This document shows, piece after piece, positions 10,865 through 19,416 of a stretch of DNA of 64,000 nt (positions within the stretch are counted from its first letter, which is position 1; every line of letters starts with the position of its first letter). The stretch covers positions 14,336-78,335 of the forward strand of contig JAAVZW010000064.1 of NCBI GenBank assembly GCA_022791835.1. The letters are read 5' to 3'. Origin of the DNA: Clostridia bacterium (GTDB lineage: Bacteria > Bacillota > Clostridia > TANB77 > CAG-508). The translations under genes and the position numbers were made by a program. The notes beneath the pieces are model-generated. The model saw only the letters and a list, made by a program, of their open reading frames with translations. It had not been told where the DNA came from and searched no databases.

Positions 10865-11671
10865 ATGTCAAAGTGGGTATCACTCAAAGACCTAATGGAA
10901 AATCCAAGCAAATATGGAGTAGAAGACCCAAGAGAACTCGAAATCGCATATACCCCAGACAGAAAAAGTATCACATTAACGCAAGAAATGACAGGTCATA
11001 GCGAAGTACAAAACCTTGAAACCGAGACAGATGGACATAAGTATTACCCAGTAATCTATGAGGGAAAAGTATACATTGTATCAGACTCTGTAACAAAAAA
11101 TGATGTCGCGCTTGGAGGAGAAACAGGGTATAAAAATGGACCAAAGGCATTACAAAAGCATGCTGAGATTTATGGTAACGAAAAAATTACATCAAAAGGA
11201 GAAACGTGGAACGAAGCAACAATAGGAATCTTAGATATATTACCTAAGTTCCTAAGGAGAATAGAAGAAAGGTATTGGACAGAAATACAGTGGCCTGGTT
11301 ATTGCGCCTTCGGCCTGCAGCGTGTGTACTCGAGCGGCGTGCACTTCAACTATTTGTACTACTACTTCAGTGGCTCTATGCGTAGCGATACCTACAGTGG
11401 TGCGGTGCGCCCCCTAGTTTCTCTGATATCTAATATCCAAGTGGATATCGAAAAACTTGATGGAACACCATTAAGTTTAAGGTTACCAACCGAACAAAGC
11501 GAAGAGCAAATGGCAATAAAATCTGAAGATACCACAACAGTTCAAACTGACCTACTGAAACAGTTGGAAGCAAATATGTCAGAAATGTCAAGGCGTATTC
11601 AGCAATTGACCGCACAGTTGCAAGAAACAGCTCAATTAATTGAGCAAATCAAAACTCAAAACCTCACATAG
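10865..11671 (+). CDS. DUF1566 / Lcl-C-terminal-like (C-type-lectin clan) domain protein with C-terminal coiled coil; contains a DGR variable-region-like patch at ~11290..11420
   Basis: YWTE...AFGLQRVYSSGVHFNYLYYYFSGSMRSDTYSGAVRPLV resembles the DUF1566 / Fib_succ_major C-terminal motif (WWSST...AWY..F..G.....K....YVRCVR). Patch composition is described under findings. Confidence 0.6.
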   Translation: MSKWVSLKDLMENPSKYGVEDPRELEIAYTPDRKSITLTQEMTGHSEVQNLETETDGHKYYPVIYEGKVYIVSDSVTKNDVALGGETGYKNGPKALQKHAEIYGNEKITSKGETWNEATIGILDILPKFLRRIEERYWTEIQWPGYCAFGLQRVYSSGVHFNYLYYYFSGSMRSDTYSGAVRPLVSLISNIQVDIEKLDGTPLSLRLPTEQSEEQMAIKSEDTTTVQTDLLKQLEANMSEMSRRIQQLTAQLQETAQLIEQIKTQNLT

Positions 11672-11692
11672 GGAAAAAGCTAAACAACCCCT

Positions 11693-11735
11693 ATACCAAA
11701 AGCCTTCTGAATTCATTTCAGAAGGCTTTTGGTAT
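11693..11735 (+). terminator. 19-bp perfect stem, 5-nt loop hairpin (ataccaaaagccttctgaa-ttcat-ttcagaaggcttttggtat)
   Basis: Perfect inverted repeat 21 nt after the stop of the 10865..11671 gene. It lacks a clean 3' T-run, so it could be a terminator or another structured element. Confidence 0.5.
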
Positions 11736-11997
11736 AAGGAGATAATATAGCTTGCTATTAATATGACAGCTTAGTAAGAATTATAATAAAGGACATAATA
11801 AACTAATAATTAGAAAAAGATGAGCAAAATAGAAAAAATGGGGAATATTTACTTCAAATGATAAGAGACTTAAACAAATACAAAGAAAAAACTAAAATTT
11901 GAATTAGTAATATTTTACCTCAATCACTTGTATAATTTAGTCCTAATATAGTATACTATAAAAAGAAATAAAGCGAAAAGAAGAAAGGAGCAAATCA

Positions 11998-13263
11998 ATG
12001 GAAGATAACAAAACACAAATTAGACAAGGAATAACAGCACATGTAATCAAAACGAACAGCTTTAAAACAGACTTAATTGCAGTATTTTTAACAACAAAAC
12101 TATCAAGAGAAGACGTAACAAAAAACGGAATAATACCAATGATATTAAGAAAAGGAACAAGTACAATAGAAAGTCAAGAAGAACTAAACAAAAAACTAGA
12201 AGAAATGTACGGAGCAGGTTTTGACTGTGGAATAGATAAAACAGGAGACAACCAAGTACTAAAATTTTATCTAGAAACAATTGATGGCAAATATTTGCCA
12301 CAAGAAGAAGACTTACTAAAAGAAGGTATCGACACATTACTAGAAGTGGTTTTTGACCCTAAAATCGAAAATAATGCGTTTAAGAAAGATTATATAGCAA
12401 GTCAGAAAGAAAAGTTAAAAATTCTAATCGAAGGAAGAAAAGATAACAAAATGGCATATGCAAATTTAAGATGCCAAGAAGAAATGTACAAAGATACCCC
12501 ATATGGATTATATAAATATGGATATATAGAAGACTTAGAAGGAATAAATGAGCAAAATTTATATGAACATTACAAAAAACTAATATCAGAATGTAAAATA
12601 GATGTATTTGTATCAGGAGATGTGGACGAACAAAAAATAGTAGAAAACATCTCAAAAAATCCAAATATCCAAAAGCTAAATGAAAGAGAACCAATATATA
12701 ATAAAAAGGATATAGAATTCCAAAGACATGAAGAAAGAGAAATAATAGAAAAAACAGACGTAACCCAAGGAAACCTAGCAATAGGACTAGTAGTAGAAGG
12801 ATTAGGAAAGAAAGAAAAATACACAGGATCAGTATACAACTCAATCTTAGGAGGATCAGCAACATCAAAACTATTCCAAATAGTAAGAGAAAAACACAGT
12901 TTAGCATACACAGCAGCATCAAATTATCTAAGACACAAAAATAGTATATTCATAAAATGCGGAATAGAAATAGAAAATTATCAAAAAACCCTAGACCTAA
13001 TAAAAGAACAGATAGAAGATATGAAAAAAGGTAACTTCACAGAAGAAGATATAAAAAGTGCAAAAACAGGAATAATATCAGTCGTAAGAGCAATACCAGA
13101 CGAACAAGATGTCACAATAACATATTTCCTAGGCCAAGAATTAGCAGAAGTTAAAATGCCATACAATGAATATGAAGATAGAATAGAAGAAGTAACAAAA
13201 GAAGATATACAAAATTTCGCACAAAAAGTATATATAGACACAATATTCTTTTTAAGAAACTAG
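11998..13263 (+). CDS. M16 family peptidase, inactive-partner type (no HxxEH)
   Basis: Insulinase-fold similarity. It is paired with the downstream active M16B subunit, as in the YmfF/YmfH pairs of Firmicutes. Confidence 0.75.
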   Translation: MEDNKTQIRQGITAHVIKTNSFKTDLIAVFLTTKLSREDVTKNGIIPMILRKGTSTIESQEELNKKLEEMYGAGFDCGIDKTGDNQVLKFYLETIDGKYLPQEEDLLKEGIDTLLEVVFDPKIENNAFKKDYIASQKEKLKILIEGRKDNKMAYANLRCQEEMYKDTPYGLYKYGYIEDLEGINEQNLYEHYKKLISECKIDVFVSGDVDEQKIVENISKNPNIQKLNEREPIYNKKDIEFQRHEEREIIEKTDVTQGNLAIGLVVEGLGKKEKYTGSVYNSILGGSATSKLFQIVREKHSLAYTAASNYLRHKNSIFIKCGIEIENYQKTLDLIKEQIEDMKKGNFTEEDIKSAKTGIISVVRAIPDEQDVTITYFLGQELAEVKMPYNEYEDRIEEVTKEDIQNFAQKVYIDTIFFLRN

Positions 13264-13275
13264 GGAGGAGAAAGA

Positions 13276-14538
13276 ATGAAAGTAATAGAGAATAAAAACG
13301 TAAAAGAAAAACTATATATTGAAAAGCTAGAAAATGGTCTAACAGTAATGATAATCCCAAGAAAAAACGTTAGAAAAAAATATATAATTTATGGAACACA
13401 CTTCGGATCAATAGACAATACATTTATGCTACCAGAAAAAACCGAAGCAGAAAGAGTGCCAGATGGAATAGCACATTTTCTAGAACACAAAATGTTCGAA
13501 CAAAAATCAGGAGTAAACAGTTTAGACGCCCTAACAGCAATGGGAGTAAATGCAAATGCATACACCTGTAATGATCACACTGCATATCTGTACTCAGGAA
13601 CAGACAACTTCGAAGAAGCATTAGATGAATTCATGGATTATGTACAAAATCCATATTATACAGACGAAAATGTAGAAAAAGAAAAAGGAATAATATCGCA
13701 AGAGATAAAAATGTATGACAATCAACCAGACTGGCAAGCATACCTAAATGCAATTAAATGCATGTACAAAAATTTAGCAATAAATATAGACATAGCAGGA
13801 ACAGTAGAAGAAATAAACAAAATAACAAAAGAAGATTTATATTTATGCTATGATAATTTCTATGCACCAGCAAATATGGCAATAGCAGTATGTGGAGACT
13901 TTGAACCAGAAAAAATGCTAGAAGAAATTAAAAAAAGAATGGTAAATAAAGAATATAAAGAAATACCAAAAAGAATATATCCAGAAGAACCAGAAGAAGT
14001 TGCGCAAAAAGAAAAAAGAATAAAAATGGATATAACAAACCCAATATTCGTACTAGGATATAAAGATAAACCAAAAGGAGATATGGTAAAAAGACATATA
14101 GCAATACAAATAGCACTAGGAACTCTGTTTGGAAAAAGCTCAAAATTAAATCAAGAACTAACAGATAAAAATCTAATATTAAATACACTAGACCCAGAAT
14201 ATGACTATTCAAACAACTACGCCTTTGCACTAATAATAGGAATGTCAAGAAACCCAGATGAAGTAATAGCAAAAATAAAACAAGAACTAGAAAATGCAAA
14301 GAAAAATGGATTAAACAAAGAAGACTTTGAAAGAAATAAGAAAAAGCTATATGGAGACTATATTACAGAATTCAATGACGTAGAAGAAACAGCAAAAAAC
14401 TTTATGGTGGACTATTTTAAGGGAGTTAACACCTTCGAATACCTAGAAAAATATGAAGAAGTAACAAAAGAATACACAGAAGAAATTCTAAGAGAACTTT
14501 TTGTAGAAGAAAAAAGTGTAACATCAATAGTAGAATAA
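13276..14538 (+). CDS. M16B family zinc peptidase (HFLEH inverted zinc-binding motif)
   Basis: HxxEH motif (HFLEHKMFE) and downstream E residues, plus full-length pitrilysin-like organisation. Confidence 0.8.
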   Translation: MKVIENKNVKEKLYIEKLENGLTVMIIPRKNVRKKYIIYGTHFGSIDNTFMLPEKTEAERVPDGIAHFLEHKMFEQKSGVNSLDALTAMGVNANAYTCNDHTAYLYSGTDNFEEALDEFMDYVQNPYYTDENVEKEKGIISQEIKMYDNQPDWQAYLNAIKCMYKNLAINIDIAGTVEEINKITKEDLYLCYDNFYAPANMAIAVCGDFEPEKMLEEIKKRMVNKEYKEIPKRIYPEEPEEVAQKEKRIKMDITNPIFVLGYKDKPKGDMVKRHIAIQIALGTLFGKSSKLNQELTDKNLILNTLDPEYDYSNNYAFALIIGMSRNPDEVIAKIKQELENAKKNGLNKEDFERNKKKLYGDYITEFNDVEETAKNFMVDYFKGVNTFEYLEKYEEVTKEYTEEILRELFVEEKSVTSIVE

Positions 14539-14770
14539 TGTAGAAAAATATTAATAAGCTGTTACAAAAAGTTTACAATTAAATTACAAACAAGAAAACT
14601 GCTGTCAAAAAAAGTCGAAAATCAAAAAACACTAACATAAAAACAATGAAAAAGCAGAAATCTGACTAACGAAAGCAGTGCAAAAAAATATAAATGTAAT
14701 TGACTTAAGAAAATATTTGTGGTATTTTATCATTAACAGATAAAAAAAGAAGAAATTGGAGGAAAAACAA

Positions 14771-14923
14771 ATGTTAAATGAAAAAATACGCAAGAAAAGA
14801 GAAGAATTAAATAAAAGCATAGAAGAAAATAGAAAATATGAACGAATATATGAACTAAGTGTAGAACTAGACGAATTAATATCAGAATATTATAAAACAC
14901 AAAAACAAGAGATAAGAGTATAA
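14771..14923 (+). CDS. Spo0E-like sporulation regulatory phosphatase family small protein (50 aa)
   Basis: MLNEKIRKKREELNKSIEENRKYERIYELSVELDELISEYYKTQ fits the Spo0E family. GGAGG RBS. A TTGACT-17-TATTTT promoter lies about 50 nt upstream. It is not in the track because it is under 60 aa. Confidence 0.55.
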   Translation: MLNEKIRKKREELNKSIEENRKYERIYELSVELDELISEYYKTQKQEIRV

Positions 14924-15032
14924 AAAAGCGATTTAACAATTTCTAAATGATAAAATCATTAAGAAATTGTAACATTCGCCATAATTATCTTCTACGTCAA
15001 TTACACGCTGCGCGTGTACTTTCCTAGAATAT

Positions 15033-15066
15033 AAAAAAATGTAGGGGCGTCACCCCTACGTTTTTT
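15033..15066. terminator. bidirectional rho-independent terminator (gtagggg-cgtca-cccctac flanked by A-run and T-run)
   Basis: Perfect 7-bp GC-rich stem with A7 on one side and T6 on the other. It sits between the convergent spo0E-like gene and mecA. Confidence 0.7.
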
Positions 15067-15748
15067 ATACATTTAAACTAGCAAAAAACTCAAAAACTTC
15101 ATTAGTACCAGAAATAATACAATTTCCATATTCAGTAAGTTTAGCCTCAAAAAGTTCAGGATGCTCTGTCATAGAAGCAAACTCAGAAATCACACTAGTA
15201 AAAAATGAAAAAGCACTAGAATCTTTATTAATACCAGTAAGTACTAAATAATAACGAGAATTATATTGTATCACACTACACTTCTTTACAAATTTTCGGA
15301 TATCTTGTGCAGACTTGCTTTTGCAAAGTAAAAGCGAAAAACTACACATATCCTCCGAAGAATCAAAAGAATAAATAGTCTTAGTAGCATTAATCGAAGT
15401 GGATTTTCTTTTAATATGTACAGGAGCCTTTCTAGTACGGGATTGAAGTGACACAGTTTTTTCATTATTTGGTAAAGCCTTGCCATTCTCTTCATACTTA
15501 GTAATAGTAAATATAAACCTACCATCTTTAAGAGCAATAACCTCTATAGCAAAACGAGAATCATTAATTTGGAACCCAACTTCCTGTTCAGCAATATCAA
15601 GCATATCAAAGAAAATATCCTGAGTTTCAATAGGTCTTGCCATAAAAGACTGATAATCAATATTTCTATCTCTTAAATCCTCTAAATTCAAAGTGATACG
15701 AACTTTATTCTCATTAAGTTTTTCAATCTTCATATCTAAAAAAATCAT
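15065..15748 (-). CDS. mecA: adaptor protein MecA
   Basis: N-terminus MKIEKLNENKVRITLNLEDLRDRNIDYQSF ... EVGFQINDSRFAIEVIALKDGRFIFTITK matches the MecA N-domain, and the C-domain is also present. Confidence 0.75.
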   Translation of the reverse strand: MIFLDMKIEKLNENKVRITLNLEDLRDRNIDYQSFMARPIETQDIFFDMLDIAEQEVGFQINDSRFAIEVIALKDGRFIFTITKYEENGKALPNNEKTVSLQSRTRKAPVHIKRKSTSINATKTIYSFDSSEDMCSFSLLLCKSKSAQDIRKFVKKCSVIQYNSRYYLVLTGINKDSSAFSFFTSVISEFASMTEHPELFEAKLTEYGNCIISGTNEVFEFFASLNV

Positions 15749-15935
15749 CCTTTCAAATCTAAACTATAAATATATTATACTATAAGAAACTGAAAAATGG
15801 AATAGGAAATTAGTGGAAAAAATAAATAAATTTGTAAAAGCTTACTCTAAGTACTTGAAAAATATCTATTAGCAATATATAATATATACAAAATAAAACG
15901 AAAAAAGACAAAAAGTAATAGGAGGAAAAATAAAC

Positions 15936-16193
15936 ATGGCCACAAGAGACAAAAATATATGGGTATTAATATTGTTCATATTTGCAGGAATAGTAGTAGG
16001 AGGGCTACTTGGAGAATTAGCATCAGGAATAGACTTCCTATGGTGGCTAGGATACGGAGAAAGCTTTGGACTATCAGAACCCGTAGTACTAGATTTAAGC
16101 ATAATATCATTATCATTCGGAATACAATTCAAAATAAACATAGCAAGTATCATAGGAATTGCAATAGCACTATTCATATACAGAAAAACATAA
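15936..16193 (+). CDS. small integral membrane protein (2 TM), unknown function
   Basis: An 85-aa hydrophobic ORF with an RBS AGGAGG. Confidence 0.45.
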   Translation: MATRDKNIWVLILFIFAGIVVGGLLGELASGIDFLWWLGYGESFGLSEPVVLDLSIISLSFGIQFKINIASIIGIAIALFIYRKT

Positions 16194-16266
16194 GAAAATA
16201 ATTAATTAAAATGGGGCTTAAAATTGAAAAAGGGAAATCCAGAAAAAGAAAGGACAAGAAACAGAC

Positions 16267-16935
16267 ATGAGTTTAAAAATGAAGGAGCTCCCATCATCAG
16301 AAAGACCATATGAAAAATTAGAAATATATGGTGCAAAAAAGTTATCAAATTCAGAACTATTGGCAATAATAATAAAAACTGGTACAAAAGAAGAAACAGC
16401 AGTCTCAGTTGCACAAAGAATACTAAATCTAAACAAAGGAAAAGAAACAAACGATTTAAGATTTCTACAAAACATCAGCATAGAAGAACTTTGCAAAATA
16501 AAAGGCATAGGGAAAGTAAAAGCGATACAGATAATAGCAACAGCAGAAATAGCCAAAAGAATAATGATGCCATTAGACGTGCAAGATATACAAATAAAAA
16601 GCTCATATGACATTGTAGATTTACTAATGAACGAACTAAAATACGAACAAAGAGAAATAGCAAAAGTCATTTTATTAAATACTAAAATGACTATACAAAA
16701 AATAATAGACCTATCATTTGGTGGGACAAACTTTACAATGCTAGATCCAAAAGAAGTATTGCATGAAGCAATAAAAGCAGGAGTACCTAAGATAATTGTA
16801 GTACATAATCATCCTAGTGGAAATCCGCATCCTAGTAAAAATGACATAATAGTAACAAAAAGATTACTAGAAGCTTCAAGACTATTGGGAATAGAATTAT
16901 TAGACCATATAATAATAGCAGAAAAGCGGATGTGA
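16267..16935 (+). CDS. radC: RadC-like JAB-domain protein (UPF0758)
   Basis: HNHPSG JAMM motif and HhH N-domain. The penultimate codon is an in-frame CGG (aag|c|gga at 16927). Removing the C would extend the protein by 11 aa to about 16956, consistent with the lesion type seen elsewhere. Confidence 0.8.
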   Translation: MSLKMKELPSSERPYEKLEIYGAKKLSNSELLAIIIKTGTKEETAVSVAQRILNLNKGKETNDLRFLQNISIEELCKIKGIGKVKAIQIIATAEIAKRIMMPLDVQDIQIKSSYDIVDLLMNELKYEQREIAKVILLNTKMTIQKIIDLSFGGTNFTMLDPKEVLHEAIKAGVPKIIVVHNHPSGNPHPSKNDIIVTKRLLEASRLLGIELLDHIIIAEKRM

Positions 16936-16981
16936 CAGTGTAATGAAATATATATAAAGTTCGAAAAAAGGAGAAAAGAAA

Positions 16982-18016
16982 ATGGGATTATTTAATTTAG
17001 GTTCAAAAGACATAGGAATAGATTTAGGAACAGCAAATATACTAGTAACATTAAAAGGAAAAGGAGTAGTCCTAGTAGAACCATCAGTAGTTGCAATAGA
17101 CAGAAAAACAGGAGCAATAGTTGCAACAGGCGAAGAAGCAAAAGAAATGTTAGGAAGAACACCAGATCAAATAAAAGCAGTAAGACCACTAAAAGACGGA
17201 GTAATAGCAGACTTTACAGCAACTAGACTAATGCTAAAAAATTTAGTAGAGAAAATATCAGCAAGATATAATATAGGAAAACCAAGAGTAGTAGTAGGAG
17301 TGCCATCAGGTATCACAGAAGTAGAAGAAAGAGCAGTAGAAGAATCAGTAATGCATGCAGGAGCTAAAGAAGTATATCTTATGGAAGAACCAATGGCAGC
17401 AGCAATAGGAGCTGGGCTAGATGTAGCAGAACCTAGTGGTAACATTATAGTAGATATTGGAGGAGGAACAACAGAAGTTGCAGTAATATCACTAGGGGGA
17501 ATAGTAATAAGTAACTCACTTAGAATAGCAGGCGATGAACTAGATGAAGACATAGTAAACTATATAAAAAGAAAATACAACACAGCAATAGGAGAAACAA
17601 CAGCAGAAGAAATAAAAAAAGAAGTAGGCTGTGCATTACCACTAATGACAGAAAAATCTTTAGAAATTAGAGGAAGAGACTTATCAACAGGTCTACCAAA
17701 AAATATAATCATAACCTCAACAGAAATACAAGAAGCAATGGAAGAATCAATAGGAGATATAATAGATGTAATAAAATCAACCCTAGAAAAAACACCACCA
17801 GAGCTTGCCTCAGATATAATGGAAAAAGGAATAATACTAGCAGGAGGAGGAGCACTAATAGAAAACTTAGATAAACTAGTTAGTGAGAAAACAGGAATGC
17901 CAGTGTTTATAGCAGAAACGCCATTAGAATGTGTAGTAAAAGGAACAGGCAAAACACTAGAAGATTTAGAAAAACTTAAAACAGTATTATTAAATGCAAG
18001 AAGAATGAAATCATAA
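16982..18016 (+). CDS. mreB: rod shape-determining protein MreB
   Basis: Actin-fold motifs (DLGTAN, GGGTTEVAV, LAGGGAL). Confidence 0.9.
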   Translation: MGLFNLGSKDIGIDLGTANILVTLKGKGVVLVEPSVVAIDRKTGAIVATGEEAKEMLGRTPDQIKAVRPLKDGVIADFTATRLMLKNLVEKISARYNIGKPRVVVGVPSGITEVEERAVEESVMHAGAKEVYLMEEPMAAAIGAGLDVAEPSGNIIVDIGGGTTEVAVISLGGIVISNSLRIAGDELDEDIVNYIKRKYNTAIGETTAEEIKKEVGCALPLMTEKSLEIRGRDLSTGLPKNIIITSTEIQEAMEESIGDIIDVIKSTLEKTPPELASDIMEKGIILAGGGALIENLDKLVSEKTGMPVFIAETPLECVVKGTGKTLEDLEKLKTVLLNARRMKS

Positions 18017-18041
18017 AAAGAAAGGAAGGGCATGAAAATAA

Positions 18042-18851
18042 GTGTATAAGAAAAGAGCAGGAATAATAGGAATAGCAATAACGATAGTCATACTAGTTAT
18101 ACTAGTATTCTTGTCAAACGTAAAATCAGGAAGCTTATCATATATAGAAAATGTATTTTCTAGTATAGTCATGCCACTTCAAAACGGATATACCTATTTA
18201 AAAAATAAAATATCAGGAAATTCAAATTTCTTTGCAAATATGGAAGAACTAAAAAAAGAAAATGAGAACCTAAAAAAGGAAAACAGTGAATTAGCACAAT
18301 CCCTAAGAGAACTAGAAATAATAAAAGCAGAAAGAGAAACGCTAAAAGAATATCTAGGACTAACAGAAAAATATGCAAATTATAAAACAATACCAGGCTA
18401 TGTAATAAGCAGAGACATAAGCAATTATAGTAGCACATTTGTAATAAATGTAGGAAAAAAAGATGGAATAAAAGAAAACATGACAGTAATAGCAGACCAA
18501 GGACTAGTAGGATATGTAATCTCTACAACTGACAAAACAGCTAAAGTTCAAACAATAATAGATCCAGCAAGCGCAGTAACAGCAAATCTACTACACTCAG
18601 AAGAAAGCATAATTTGTAAAGGAAGTCTAAATGATAAAATGTTAAAAGGAACATATATACCAACAAATGCAGAAATATCAGAAGGAGACAAACTAGAAAC
18701 CTCAGGAATGGGAGGAATATACCCAAAAGGAATAAGCATAGGCGAAGTAAAAAGCGTAGAGAATACACTAAATGTATTAGATAGATACGCATGGATAAAG
18801 CCATTAGTAGATTTCGAAAAATTAGAGACTGTATTAGTAATAACTGAATAG
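18042..18851 (+). CDS. mreC: rod shape-determining protein MreC
   Basis: N-terminal TM, coiled coil, and beta-rich C-domain. Its position after mreB is conserved. Confidence 0.85.
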   Translation: MYKKRAGIIGIAITIVILVILVFLSNVKSGSLSYIENVFSSIVMPLQNGYTYLKNKISGNSNFFANMEELKKENENLKKENSELAQSLRELEIIKAERETLKEYLGLTEKYANYKTIPGYVISRDISNYSSTFVINVGKKDGIKENMTVIADQGLVGYVISTTDKTAKVQTIIDPASAVTANLLHSEESIICKGSLNDKMLKGTYIPTNAEISEGDKLETSGMGGIYPKGISIGEVKSVENTLNVLDRYAWIKPLVDFEKLETVLVITE

Positions 18852-18868
18852 AAAAGCAAGGAGAAAAG

Positions 18869-19403
18869 ATGAAAAAAGCCATAACAATAGCAATACTATG
18901 CATAGTATTTATAATTATATATTTACTAGAACTAAACTTTTTCAGTTGGTTTACAATAGCAGGAATAAAGCCAAATTTATTCATAATACTCACACTATTT
19001 GTAGGATTGTATGCAGGTTCAAAACCAGGCTTAGGTTTAGGCATATTTTATGGATTACTAATCGACATCTTAGGAAATAGCCTAATCGGTATATCAGCAG
19101 TAGCACTAGGAGCAATTGGATTTTTACGGAGGAATATTCGAAAAAAACTTTTCAAAAAACAGTAAAATCACAGTAATGCTAATGTGCATCATAGCAACAG
19201 CAAGCTATGAAACATTCATATATCTATATAGAAGCTTAGCACTAACAGCCAATATAGAGATATGGATATTCATAAAAATTCTATTAATAGAAATTCTATT
19301 TAATACACTAATTACAGTAATAATTTACCCATTAATGCAAAAACTAGGATATAAAATAGAATCAATATTCAAAAAACCACAAATACTTACAAGATATTTT
19401 TAA
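18869..19403 (+). CDS. mreD: rod shape-determining protein MreD, interrupted by +1 frameshift at 19127
   Basis: Track ORFs 18869..19165 and 19116..19403 are the two halves of one polytopic membrane protein. The join is ttttta|c|ggagga (FL|GGIF). Confidence 0.75.
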
Positions 19404-19416
19404 AAAAGGAGATAAA

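Noticed and set aside
10863-11334. NdeI (catatg at the start codon), PstI (ctgcag) and XhoI (ctcgag) sites in and around the DUF1566-like gene, raising the idea of an engineered cassette
   Set aside because: Six-base sites are expected by chance in a GC-rich patch. Sites of this kind also occur in the L,D-transpeptidase gene (ctcgag at 60511 and 60941). No vector-like flanks are present.
10865-11671. A complete DGR (RT + template repeat) within the window
   Set aside because: No ORF in the window has reverse-transcriptase motifs, and I found no second copy of the 11290..11420 patch. Only the variable-region-like signature is reported.
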